In this document: positions 11,101 to 22,048 of the stretch, piece after piece
Position numbering within the stretch: position 1 is the first letter of the stretch
Layout of the letters: each line of letters starts with the position of its first letter
From: Raillietiella orientalis
Lineage: Eukaryota
Assembly (NCBI GenBank): GCA_036172245.1
Contig: JAYWIR010000002.1
Location: 7,254,001 to 7,318,000 of the forward strand
Length of the DNA stretch: 64,000 nt
Direction: 5' to 3'
Made by a program: the position numbers and the translations under genes
The notes under the pieces: model-generated
Seen by the model: the letters and a program-made list of their open reading frames with translations, nothing else
What the model was told of the DNA's origin: nothing
The model's database searches: none

Positions 11101-13900
11101 CCGAAGGGCAGCAGTCCTTCACCCCCCTTTTCGAGAAGAGCCGACGACCGCGTCGAGAGCTGCCAGGCGACCAGCCTGCCTGTTCTAAGGGACGCTTCAG
11201 GGACCCGAGGAGAAGTCCTAGGGGTGCGGAGGGCTCGGACACTCAGCTCACAGAAGAGTCCCCGCCTCGGCTTGAGCCCCACTGGCAGGAAACCTCGGCA
11301 CGAAGGGATTCAGGCTCCAAGAACCTCGGAATCCCACGGAGGCGAGCCAAGCACCTGGAGAAGGTGGGGAGGAGCAGCAGAGCTCGGCTTCTCCCTGCCG
11401 GAGAAGTCGAACCCCTCCGGGAGTTCCTCTCTGCTGCAGCATCCTGCCTGCAACCCGTCTCCCTCTTCCTTCCTTCCCAGCCCTTTTCCCCGCTTTCCGA
11501 TCGACTTCCGGCCGCCTCCAGGGCCGGCGGGACCGGGGAAGGGCAGGGACTTCTCGAGAAGGAAAAAAAAGGGGAGACGTCTCGCATCTTGACGTTCGGG
11601 GCGTGCCAGCCGCCCGCCAAAGCGGGGAGGGGAGGAGGGAAGAGGAAACCCGCCGCTCCTCCGAACCGCTCCAGGGCGAATCGCAAAAGCGGCTCCGCGC
11701 CTCACGGTCGACCACACCCGCTCTCTCCCTCGCCTCCGCTTCCTCATTCCCGCCAGGAGAGGGAGGGAAAAGCAGGGTGGAGATCGGAATAGGGTGGCTC
11801 CACACCTCCGGCTCAAGGTGCTGCCATCACGATGCCGGTGGCTCTCGATGGACAGATCGTCCGGTGAGACCTCCGAGGGCCGTTCCTCCGCCGGGGGGAC
11901 GCGAGTAGCTGCTCCTGGGGAGAAAGGGGGAGGGAGGAGAGGAAGAGGCAGGAGAGGAGGATAGCAAGGGCGAGGGAGAGGGGCCTCCCCTGCTGCTGCA
12001 GATGGACGTGCGCGCAGGTGGGTGGGACGGAGACGGTCCAGGTGCCGCTTGGGAAGACGGGGGAGGGAGGGTGGGAATCGCCAGCGCGCGCCATCCATCG
12101 CGTGTCCGTCCGAGGAGGGGAAGGACGAATTCGCCCTTCGCTCGACGTCGCTCCCCGCGCGGTGCGGTGACAGCGCGACTGCAGCCATTTTTCATCCGCC
12201 TCCTCCGAGAGATTTGAGCAGCGGAAACAAAGGAAGCAGCGATCTTCCGCTGCTTTCAGTTGTGAGGGTGACCGTTCCGACGGACCGGGGAAGCCCCGCA
12301 GCGACAGGTCACGGCGAGGTGGTGCGGCGCGGCTGGCCCGCGGGAGGAGGGGGAGCGGGCGCATCGTCCCTGGGCCCTCTTCCGCGCGCCTTTCTTCTCC
12401 CCGAGGGCCGTGGTGCCCCGCCAAGCAGGGGCGAGCACAGCAGCCGCAGTCGCGGAAATCCACCCGAAAGAAAGAGGAGGGAGAGGGGGAGAGCGGGGGA
12501 GTCTCCGCTCCCTACCTTCGCTCGAGGCAGCGGCGACGGACCTCGGACGTGGGCCGTGCTTGTCGCGCGGCAGCTTCCTGGAATGTCTGCGACGGTCGGG
12601 CGAGCCTGGAAGAGACGAACCGCTGCCATCCTTAAACGGCGGCTGAGGGCATCTGTCGGGATTTCCCCCTCTTTTCGCTTCCACCTTCGTCTCCAGTCTT
12701 CCCTTCCCTCGGTCCGGATGAAGTAGGCCGTCTGGGCCCTTCCTCCTTCTTGATCCGGCTCTCCAGCTGGACACTCTGGAGCCAACTTGGACACCGCGAC
12801 CGGCTCGCTCGGCGCGCTCAAGGCCATCCATAACGAACCCCATAAATCATCTTCCTGGCGGGGGAGGGGGAGGAGGGAGCTGAGGCACTACCGCGGCCGC
12901 GGCGGCACGCGAGCGCGTCGAGCATCTCCTCGCGATCCGAGCGAAGGCGAGCGGGCGGAAACCGCAGCTTCCCCCGGAAAGGGACAGCAGCGTCCTCCCA
13001 CGCCTCGCCCCGGACCGAAAATGCGGCGGATCCGGGGAGGCAGCCGGCCGTGCGTGCTGCATCGCCATCGCCGGGACCTCCGGTGGCTCCCTACCTTGAG
13101 GGGATTCACGCGGAACTCCTAAGCAGGCAGGAGGAGGAATGGATGCGCGCAACCATGGCAACCGCCCGAGCGACTGTGAATGCGTTTCACTCGAGAGAGG
13201 GGGGGGGACGAAATCCTTGGATAGATTTTCCCAGGGCTCGGGGAACCCTGCAAGGAAGGGGCAGGAGCGTCTCACGATCTCGCAATGATCATGGGATGCC
13301 CCCGCGCCCACATCGGGCCTGTCCCCTTCGCCCCTTCGACGCCTCCCCCGCTGCCGAGGAGGGCCCGACTAGCTGGAATTCTTACAAAGGAAGGGGCAGA
13401 CGGTGTGTAACAGCCAGGGATTCCCCCGTGGCTGGGGTTCCTTCGTCTCCCCTGCCCTACGGAATCTGCCTCCGTCGGCAGGTCCAAAGAATAGGGATCC
13501 CGGCTGCGAAGTTCCGGGAAGAAGCACGCGCTCTCGACAGGCGGTGCAGGGCGGGGAGCACTCTCTCCCCCCCCCACCAGGAAGGAGAGGGACCCTTTTG
13601 CCTCCCCCTTTCCCTCTGTTCCTGAGGGAAAGAGGGTCCCGGAAACTCGCAGGGCTCCGAGCGGCCGCCGCACACCCGGGCCGGGCAGTCGATATGGCGG
13701 GGCGGCGACGGCCTTCTTCGCTCCCGAGTGGTCTCTCTCGGGCTCGCCCTCCGTCGCCCCCGGCATCGGTTTCCGGTGTAGAGGGGGGGAGGATGCATCA
13801 CCCTTGTCCGGGCGCAGGAGGCGAAAGCTGTAGCGAAGCGTAGCGGGCGGCGCCTCCTCCCGTCGCGAAGCGACCCTCGGGGTATCGAAGCAGTCCCAGG
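8150..13900 (-). mobile_element. Long degraded Tx1/L1-like element(s) with ORF1, APE and RT remnants in canonical order
   Basis: ORF1-like PPHFRSGARRGRTLL / FPGE at ~12950-13040. APE-like SPAGRSRALLLL (~11380), VHADSKRLD (~10840-10865) and PGPYESW (~10725-10745). RT-like KKKRKNTEDWR (~9680-9715). Post-RT FCLLKW (~9140). May be two adjacent elements; ends approximate. Confidence 0.55.
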
Positions 13901-13949
13901 CTGCTCCGAAAGAGCAGAAGAGGTCACCTCCCACGACCTCCTCGCTCTC

Positions 13950-15785
13950 CCTCCCTCTGCGGCCCCTCGGGCCCCGCCTTCAGGCAGCCCAGCCGGCCAG
14001 CCGGCTGGTGGCGGGGAGGGGAAACGGGGACCATCCCGATAGGGGTCCCTCTCCGCGGAACGGACCGCTTTGCCCGCCGCCTTCGCGCCCGTCTAGGAAA
14101 CGGCGGAACCAACCCCTCGGGGGTTCTCTCGAGGGTTGATGATGGTCAGCTCTGACGGATGCCGACCCTTCTTCCCGGAAAGCTCGCCGGGATGGCTTCG
14201 GGGCCCGTCTCTCGAGAGTTTTCCGGAGGCAGGCGGCGTCGACGACCGGCTGGATGCCCTTCAAGGAAATTTTTCGGGGAGACAGAGGCCTTCCAGACTG
14301 GGAAGGGTCCCCGCCCCCTTCCCTCCTTCTACCGAGAAAGCCCGACCCATCGTCGGGGCAAAGAGTCACGCGGGCCGCTCGAGCCGCGTCCATGCGCTAC
14401 CGATGGGGTGCCCCCCTCCCCTTCTCGGCTCGTCGGTAGAAGATGAATCGCCCGCGAGCTTCCTCCCCCTGCAATCTCCCTCGCTCCAGCGGGGTCACTT
14501 CTCGGCCCCCCAGGGAACTCGGTCACCGGGTTAGCGGGGGCTCCGGGAACGAACAAGGAGGAAGAGCAGGGAATTCCTGCTCTTCCTCCTCTCCCCTGCG
14601 TGTCTCCGAACGAAAATCCCGGGAGATGCGAATTCCAATCACCCCGGAAGACGATCTGCGGCGCTGCCCGGCTTCTGGCATCCCTGCAATCCCGGAACGC
14701 GGGTCACATGCTCTCTCGATCTCGTCTGCGCAGCGCCACCGTCGCAGCGCTTCCGAGCTAGACGTGCCGGGGCGCGAAAGTCGCTGCCACGCCCGCCCCT
14801 TCTTCCCTAGGCCGGACGGGTGCGGCCCGTCCTCAGGGCTCCCGGAGGCTGCCGGGAGCGGATCGGCGCGTTCGTCCGGGAAGGACCAGCGGACGAGGAA
14901 AGTTCCTCGGAGGATGGGATAGGTCTCGGAGACAGGCCAGCCGTGGAGGCAACCTCCAGTTCCCAAGGTTACCCGTGGGAGGTCCCGAGACGGTTGCTTG
15001 GCGGTCCGGAAAGGAGGAGAGCGCTCTCTCGCCTCTCTCCGCTGCGCTGGACCGGCCTTTTGCCTTCCGCCCTACGGAGGACGTTCGAGCAAGGCTTCCC
15101 CCCAGGGGAAGGGCGGCTTCCTCACCATGCATCCCTGCCCGACCGACCGAGCCCTCCCCTCCCCTGCTGCTACTGCTGAAGGGGAGCAGAAGCCCACGGT
15201 AGCGGCGGCGTGAGCTGCGGTCTCGCTCCCCTCCCCATCTCGCGCGACCGGGGAGGGAGCGTCGCTACCTCGGAGCATCCGAGATCTCCTCTTCCCGACC
15301 CTCGCGTTGGCTTCCCATCGTGGCGCGTAGCGATCCGCTCCACGATGGAGGAGATCCCTTTCGATTCGATTCCCGTACGCGTACTCGTTCGATAACCCAC
15401 CCGTTCCTTGAAAGGCGGGAGGGAGGGAGGGAGGAGCGGAAGGGAAGGGAAGGGGGAAGTCGCCACCCCTTGTCACCCCGCGAGAGCTTGGCGTGCCGTG
15501 GCTTCCGACCGAAAGTGCCTCGAGGAAACCCCCATTGCTGCGGGGAGGCCAGGCCTCCCCAAATGCGTCGAGCATGGGTCGATAGAGTCGCCTCCACACG
15601 CACCTCCCGACGGACTATGAGAACTGCGGAGAGGGGCGGCAGCCTCTGGGGTACGCCGCTAAGGACTCGCCGCGGCGATCCCCTCGCGCGAGCGACAAAT
15701 TCTCTTCTGGCCCCGGGATGACCACGCTCCTGCCGCGGCCCGGGCGCCTGCACGAGGGACGGCTGAGAGGTGATCTCGCCCAAAA
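13950..15785 (-). mobile_element. Degraded non-LTR RT region
   Basis: ORF 15072..15599 (LYRPMLDAFGEAW...PSSRG...FQGTGGLSNEY) resembles RT domains 0-1 (FY..FW / KGD..DL.NYRPI). Heavily decayed. Confidence 0.45.
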
Positions 15786-15823
15786 GAAGTGAAGTCGGAG
15801 ATCGTCAGCGTTCCACACCGATG

Positions 15824-16009
15824 CTGAGCCAGAAGGAGTCCCCCCCCCTGCGCCAAAGACCACCTCCCTTCCTTCCTTTCCTTACTGTCCCCTCCCCTCC
15901 CGCTCTCCGAGCTGCTCGGCGACCAACACTCCTCCCCCTTGAACTTCCCAGAACTCCCAGCTCGCTTGTTCATCTTTTTCTGGATAGACGCCCCCGGTGT
16001 GATCAGGTG
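15824..16009 (+). mobile_element. Short 5'-truncated 3'-end insertion of the same family
   Basis: Pyrimidine-rich tract, then atagacgcccccggtgtgatcaggtg (family terminus). Weak direct repeat at 15786-15823 and 16010-16048. Confidence 0.45.
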
Positions 16010-16249
16010 GAAAGCAGGTCGGATGCCGACCGACGCTGCTCACGGACGAATTCCCGACGGCGCCTACTTAGGCACGAAGGACCGTCCATCACTCACCAGA
16101 GAGCGAGCGAGGGCTACCAATCGCGTTTGTTTCTAGCCACGGAGTACATCTGGCATCCCTGCCTGCGCGATTCCTGATCGTTCTGGAGAGGACCAGCATA
16201 CTAGGAAGGGTTCGGATTGGAGTACCTCAGCTCGGGGAGACCTTTCGAG

Positions 16250-17560
16250 CGGATGGTCAGCTACTTCGCCTCGCCCTTGCACGCAGAGGCAGACCTCGTG
16301 GAAGACGGATCTTCCTCTCCTTCCGTACGTGACCCTCCCTCCCCCCCGTTGAGCAACTCCCAAAGCAAACACTCCAGGATTGCAAGTCGTTCGGGAGATT
16401 CGTTGTTGCGCATCCGGCTTGCTCCGCTCGCACGCGCAGACCGATGCGGTTGCATGGCCCACACGAGGTCTGCTGCTGCTGATGCTGCTCTTCCTCCTCC
16501 TCTCCCCCTCCCCCCTTCCTCCCGGTTGGGCCAGTCCGCCCGGAGGAAGAAAGTGCGGGAGATTCCTTCTCTCCTGTTCTTCGAGCCTGGATCCTCGCTC
16601 AAGAGCGCCTTCGAGGTGCTGTTCCCTTTCCTCCACCAACAGCCATAGCTTCCTCCGTTTCTCCAAGAAAGAGAAAAGAAAATGGGACGAAACGGAAGAG
16701 GCGGGTAGATTCCTCCGGTCCTCCACTCTTGAGAGCTGCAGGCTTGGCTCCCCCCAGTTCAAGGGCAAGAGGACTTCTCATTACCTCTTCTCAGAGCTCC
16801 TAGCGACTCGTCGCGTGGGAGAGGGGAACGCTTCTTATCTCGAGGACCATGGAACGTCTTAGATAGCGAGCCCCTGTTTCCAACAGCCCCAAAACTCCCG
16901 AGTCGCCCCGTAGGTAGGAGGCTCATTACGAAGCAGCAAGGGCTTCCGCCTCCTCTGCTGACCCCCGCATCGGAAAGGCACTCAGCTGCTCGATTGGACG
17001 GAGAAGAGACAGAAGAGAGCTGTCTTGCATTCTGTGGACAGTCTCCGAGCTCACGAGGCTCAGCGGCTCGGATGTGGACATCCCCTTCTGCTTTCTCGAC
17101 GTGGCTGTCCATCTCGAAAGCTCCCTCGCTCGCCGACCGCTTCCCCCGTAGCAACGACTATCGAGAGTTCGGCAGCATCTTCAGGTACGAGGCGAAACTG
17201 GGATGAGATGGAGATGGCGGCGCCATCCGAAGCAAATCGGAGATGCTCGGAGGAGGGTTTGTTGCAACAGGGAATCGCTCTTCAGCGCAGCGGAATCGCC
17301 TTCCTGGACGGCAGTTGACCAAGAGCATCCCATGCAGTTTTTCCGCTCGATCCTTCGCGAGCTCTTAATCCGTTGTGCGCAAAACACGGAGGCGTCTTTC
17401 CGCGCGTTGGCGGCCGTGAGCCTCCGCGGCCGCCTCTGCTCGCGACACCAAGCGTTGCGGGTTCGAATACCCGCCGACGCCGAGAATAGATGCGTCGTGG
17501 GTTTCGAGTCCCCTCGCGAAACGCTGGTTGGCTGATGGGCTTCGGGTGTGGCTCTGGAAT
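16250..17560 (-). mobile_element. Degraded Tx1/L1-like ORF2 3' half
   Basis: ASILGV (YLGV-like, ~17480), RRLTAAN...AQ...IER (GRLTL.N-like, ~17340-17430), knuckle-like GGPEESTRLF (~16695-16725). Confidence 0.5.
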
Positions 17561-17756
17561 GGCACCTGCACGCGTTGGGGACCAGAAGTCCCCGCTGGCT
17601 AGCCGGAAATGCAAGAATAAGGAGAAGGAAAGCAACGAGATGTGGATACGACGCACAGAGTACAAAGCATGGAATCGGTCGACAAGATCTGTTCGTAACG
17701 CATCTCCGGATGACTGCACTGTATCATTCCTGATGGGTGTAAGCTTCATGATATCC

Positions 17757-17780
17757 TGTGTGTGTGTGTGTGTGTGTGTG
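17757..17780. repeat. (TG)n microsatellite
   Basis: Perfect tgtgtg run. Confidence 0.9.
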
Positions 17781-20700
17781 ATAGGTAGGTAGGTATGCGT
17801 GAATTGGGCCAATCAAATGCAAGCAGAAGTGAAGCCGTCTTGTATTTGGCTTCTCGTGCTGTTTGCTGCGATGCACGTTTGGACGGCAGAAAGGGAACGC
17901 AAGGATAAGGGAGGAAAGACAGCTCTTCGCGGTTTCGAAACGAAACGATGCTGAAGAAAAGACGAATTCTAGACTGGAGGAGGGGGGAAGGAGAGGAAGA
18001 GAGAGAGAGAGAGAGAGAAGAAAAAAATTCCTTCCTTCGAGTCAACAAGGAGGGGACTGCAGCGAAATGAGTGCCGTGATTGCCGCCGTCCTCTCCATAT
18101 CGCCGTTTTCGTCTTTCACGAATCTCACTGAATTTGAATCGAGCGGTTCCTTTCTGCACATGCTTCATCAGCAACGTGCATCACTCGCTCTCGGGTGCGC
18201 GGTTCCTGGGGTCCCAGGGGATCCATGGAGTCAGCTCTTCTAACGAGCAAGTCCGCTCCGACTGTTGCTGACTCCAGCCGACTGTAAGATGCCGTTTTCC
18301 TCTCCTTTTCCCTTCCCTTTTTTTTTTTTCAAAAAAAAAAAAAAAAGGAAGAAGAATGCATATGAAACCTTGAGAAAGGAAAAAGAGGCGTCAAAATCGT
18401 AAATATGAAGTCTTGAAAATATAAAAAAGGAAGTACATAAGCGCCCCGTCTCAAAATGAGATGCCCATCTGAAGTGGAAGAGTGGGGGGCGTGCTGTTTT
18501 TATTCCGCCGTTGCTGGTGCATAGTAGGATGTGGTAGGAAAATGTTCCACTCTGTAATAAGTAACAATCTATGGTAGCGTTTCCTTGGTCTCGATCCACT
18601 CAAATCTTGACTGTGGTTTCCTTTGCCCGTTTTCCACTGTTAACTGTTCTTCGGGTCGCATTCGTGACCCGGGCAATTTCGGGTGATTTACAAGTAGCAT
18701 AGCAGCTATCTTTTATTTTGCTTGGAGTTTCTAAGCGTGTTCTAATTGTAGATTCCTTCGAAAAAGTAGAGGATCAGGTAAGGTGAAATGGTGCGTTCGA
18801 AAGAAGAAGCTCATCTCTCTATTTGGGAGCGCCAAAGAAAAAAAAAAATTTCTCTCCCTCTCTCGACGAAATTGTGCAAATTTGAGCACTTTATTTTCCG
18901 TCTCGTTCGACCTGGAAACATCGCGTTGCAAGACGCGTTCCAAGCCAAAAAAAAAAAAAAAAAAAGGAATTCGGGTTTGCACTCGCACTTTTTTCGACGA
19001 AAAAAAGGCGAGGGCGTGGACAGACTCTTCCTTGGGGGCGCGTAGGAAACTTCCCCAGGTCCTCCTTTGGACTAGAGGTCGAAGTAATACCATCGGAAGC
19101 ATCCCGGAGAACGCTTTTTTCCTTCTTCTTCTTCTTCTTCCGTTCCCTCTATCCTCGCTGAGAAGCAAACTGATTAGAGATCCGTGAGAGACTTCGCCAG
19201 AAGTTTGCCTTTCGCTAGAAAGATCGAGAGAAACCGCAGATCTCTGTGCAGGTCGCAGGGGTGTCCTCGAATCCTTCGTTTTCGCACTTCGGTGTCGCTC
19301 TCGCCTGGACACTTTGCAGGTTTAAAGCACCACGCAGACCTAAAGAGAGGAGTTTCCCCGCACAACCGCCGAGCGAAATTCTGGATGAGAAACTGGACAG
19401 CAGGACGGGGAACGGGGAACCCGCTGGAAGATCGAGGCAAGCGTTTCCACCCGGATCCGGGAGACCGTACGCTCCGCATTCCCGAGGAAGGAATCCCCGT
19501 CGAACAAAACGAAAGTTCAAGGAAGTGTGCGACAGAAATCAAGAACACCGAATACACACCAAAATGACATCGTTGTCATTATAGGGAGGGGGGGGGGGGA
19601 AAGTGGGAATGTGTGAAAAAAAGAACATGGGCACAAATCGCCATTCCTTTCTAAATGTCAATCAACTTTGGTCTTTCATACTTGGATGCTTTGTTCCTGA
19701 AGTTGCTGCACAGAAGAGCGACACGTACGTTGTCATCCTCGTTGTGAAAGCGATTCCATTTTTTTGCTTTGCGCCCTTCGATTTTCCCTCTCGCAGGACA
19801 GTCAGCACGTACCAAGAATGAGCGATCAAGATATCCTGTCTTTCCGTGTCCCTCTCTGAGAGATGTTTGAAAGGCCGTTGCACATTCCGCACAGCCATGG
19901 AGTGGCACACGGGAAAGCAGCATGGGGTGGAAGCGTGCAAGAGCACAGTCAGTGGCAAATCTTTTGAGACGGCAGATAACTCCCTTTTGGGTTTTCTTTT
20001 TTTTTTTTTTTTAACGGAGTTACTTCACGATAAACCTATGATGAATCCCTCACGTTCCTTCCGTAGGAAGCCGCAGACTTTGAATGAACTGTGCCGACAT
20101 TGAACCTGCGGAAAGCCACGCGTATCACGAAAGGTCCTTCCCAAAGATGTGCGACGGGTCCGAATCTGATGCCGATGATCATTCGGATCCGCTGCGGTGA
20201 CAAGTGCTTTCAGAAAAGTACCTCTGTGCCCGTTTTCCTGCTGATTGGAATCTTCTTCCTCAAAGCAATACCTTCTTTCGAACGATCGCACGGACTCGAG
20301 ATGAAAAAAAAAAAAAAAAAAAAAGTGAAAAATGAAATAGAAGGAAAAACAGGAAACAAAAGCCACTTTGTGGAGTTCATCGGATCCTTTCCTGGTCCCC
20401 TTTTTTATATTCCATTCAGCAGATACCACCTTTACAAAACTCGAATTCAAAGTACACTCCAGATTGCACCATTTATTGCATGCTGGCCTGTGTCCACGTG
20501 CGAGAATTCCAATTCATCCGAGCGATCGCAGCGTGCACTGGATCAAGAGGGAAGAAAAATCCGCCCCCCTCCTTCCGTTGCAATAAGATCAGCATCTCTG
20601 AGCTTGGACCTGGATGCTGCGTTGCGCCTCTAGTTGCAAGAACAGACAGAAATGCCATTCCAAGCTCCTTCGCGTTGGTGGATAATACATAAATGGGAAA

Positions 20701-21985
20701 ATTCCTCCCAAGTTTTGCAAGCTAATTGGATGATTAAAACGGACCATTTTGCGTTGGTCGTAAACGAGCATAAATTGATTGCCAATCCGGATATCAGTAG
20801 AAGTTAGCTGGCACCAGTTTTCCGTAAATTATGGATCTGAAATTTCCACTTTCCATAACTTGGCGACAGCTTGAAACGCGAGCTGAAAGTTCCCCCCCCC
20901 CCCCTTTCTTTCTCTAAAATAAATCCAACAGGCATTTCGATCTTATTGCAAAGGAAGGAGGGGAGGCAGAATTTATTTTGCTCGTTGGGGTTTGCCACAC
21001 GAGCGAGCCAAGCCCGTGGCTGCAAATTGCACTTTCTGTTTGATTTTGGTGGCCGCGATCCTCGGTGGAGGCTTCCTTTTTCCCAGGAATTTGCCCGCAG
21101 TCGTCCTGAAAAAAAATCGGAATCCCACTGATCTGGGCAGGGAAGGCAGCTGAATTGTCCCGAAGAGGACCGCTTCCGTTTTTCGACTGCATTAGGGTTA
21201 CGCTGCTTCCTTACGCACCGTTAGGGAATGGTGTGCGCCTCTGATTATTTATACATAAAATTCATAAAACTTTCAGAACGTTTTTTTTTTTTTTTTTCTT
21301 TTTTTTTTTTTTTTATCCATCGGAAAGAAATACCACGGTGGTAAAAAAAAAAAAAAAAAAATAAAAAAAAAATGGCCGAGGATAACGAAAGTTTGCTCAG
21401 CCTGTTGCTGCATTTATTATTTATTTATTTATTTTCGATCGGAGAATCGGAACTAATTTAGGAAATTTCGATCCGTTATGAAGGATTTTTTTTTTTTTTT
21501 TACATAATTCCAATTTCTCTCAACCAATCGATGCAAATATCTTGAATTAGCATTACAAATAGGGAACGAGGTTAAGAATGTTTCGCAATCCTGGGTTGAG
21601 ATTTCTGTTTTTCAATAGGCTTTTCCCAAAGTTCCGAGTGGATTTTTTTTTTTTTTTTTCCTCCTTCTTCTTCTTCTTCTTCTAATTCGAGATCCTCCTG
21701 ATAAAGCACGCCTCGATTCATTAATTCTGAATATAAAAAGTTCTCCTGCCCTCCCATCTTCACGACCCAAGTTGGGTTCGTTGCGTAAGCGCCCGGTTCA
21801 GTAGTCTTTTTCACCATTTGGAGATAGTCCCAATCACTTTCTTTAGATCCAATTATCGACGCGTACACAGGTCAGTTTCATAATCTATGCACAAATGAAT
21901 CCACTCCTCCCTATATAGAATGTCATTGAGAAATTCTCCCTAAGGTGCTCCATGTGATTCTGTGGTTAACGCTGGGACCGTTTAC

Positions 21986-22014
21986 TATAAAAGCTGAATA
22001 AGTGAAGTTCATTC
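21986..22014 (+). promoter_or_regulatory. Candidate TATA box plus initiator for the secreted-protein gene
   Basis: TATAAAA at 21986-21992 and TCATTC (arthropod Inr-like) at 22009-22014, ~40 nt before the ATG at 22049. TATA-Inr spacing (25 nt) is slightly short. Confidence 0.4.
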
Positions 22015-22048
22015 GATTTGAAAGCGTAAGTGAAGCACCCAGCTGAAG

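Noticed and set aside
3000..17000. Numerous overlapping 100-290 aa Arg/Pro/Gly/Ser-rich ORFs as host genes
   Set aside because: Expected in GC-rich DNA; recognisable motifs switch frames, consistent with decayed retroelements.
17456..17475. T-arm-like hairpin gcgggttcgaatacccgc
   Set aside because: No acceptor, D or anticodon arms; lies within a minus-strand RT remnant.
18652..18685. Small hairpins (cgggtc...gacccg) as a possible snRNA or ncRNA
   Set aside because: No match to U1, U2, 5S or SL motifs that I can recognise; a short GC stem is expected by chance.
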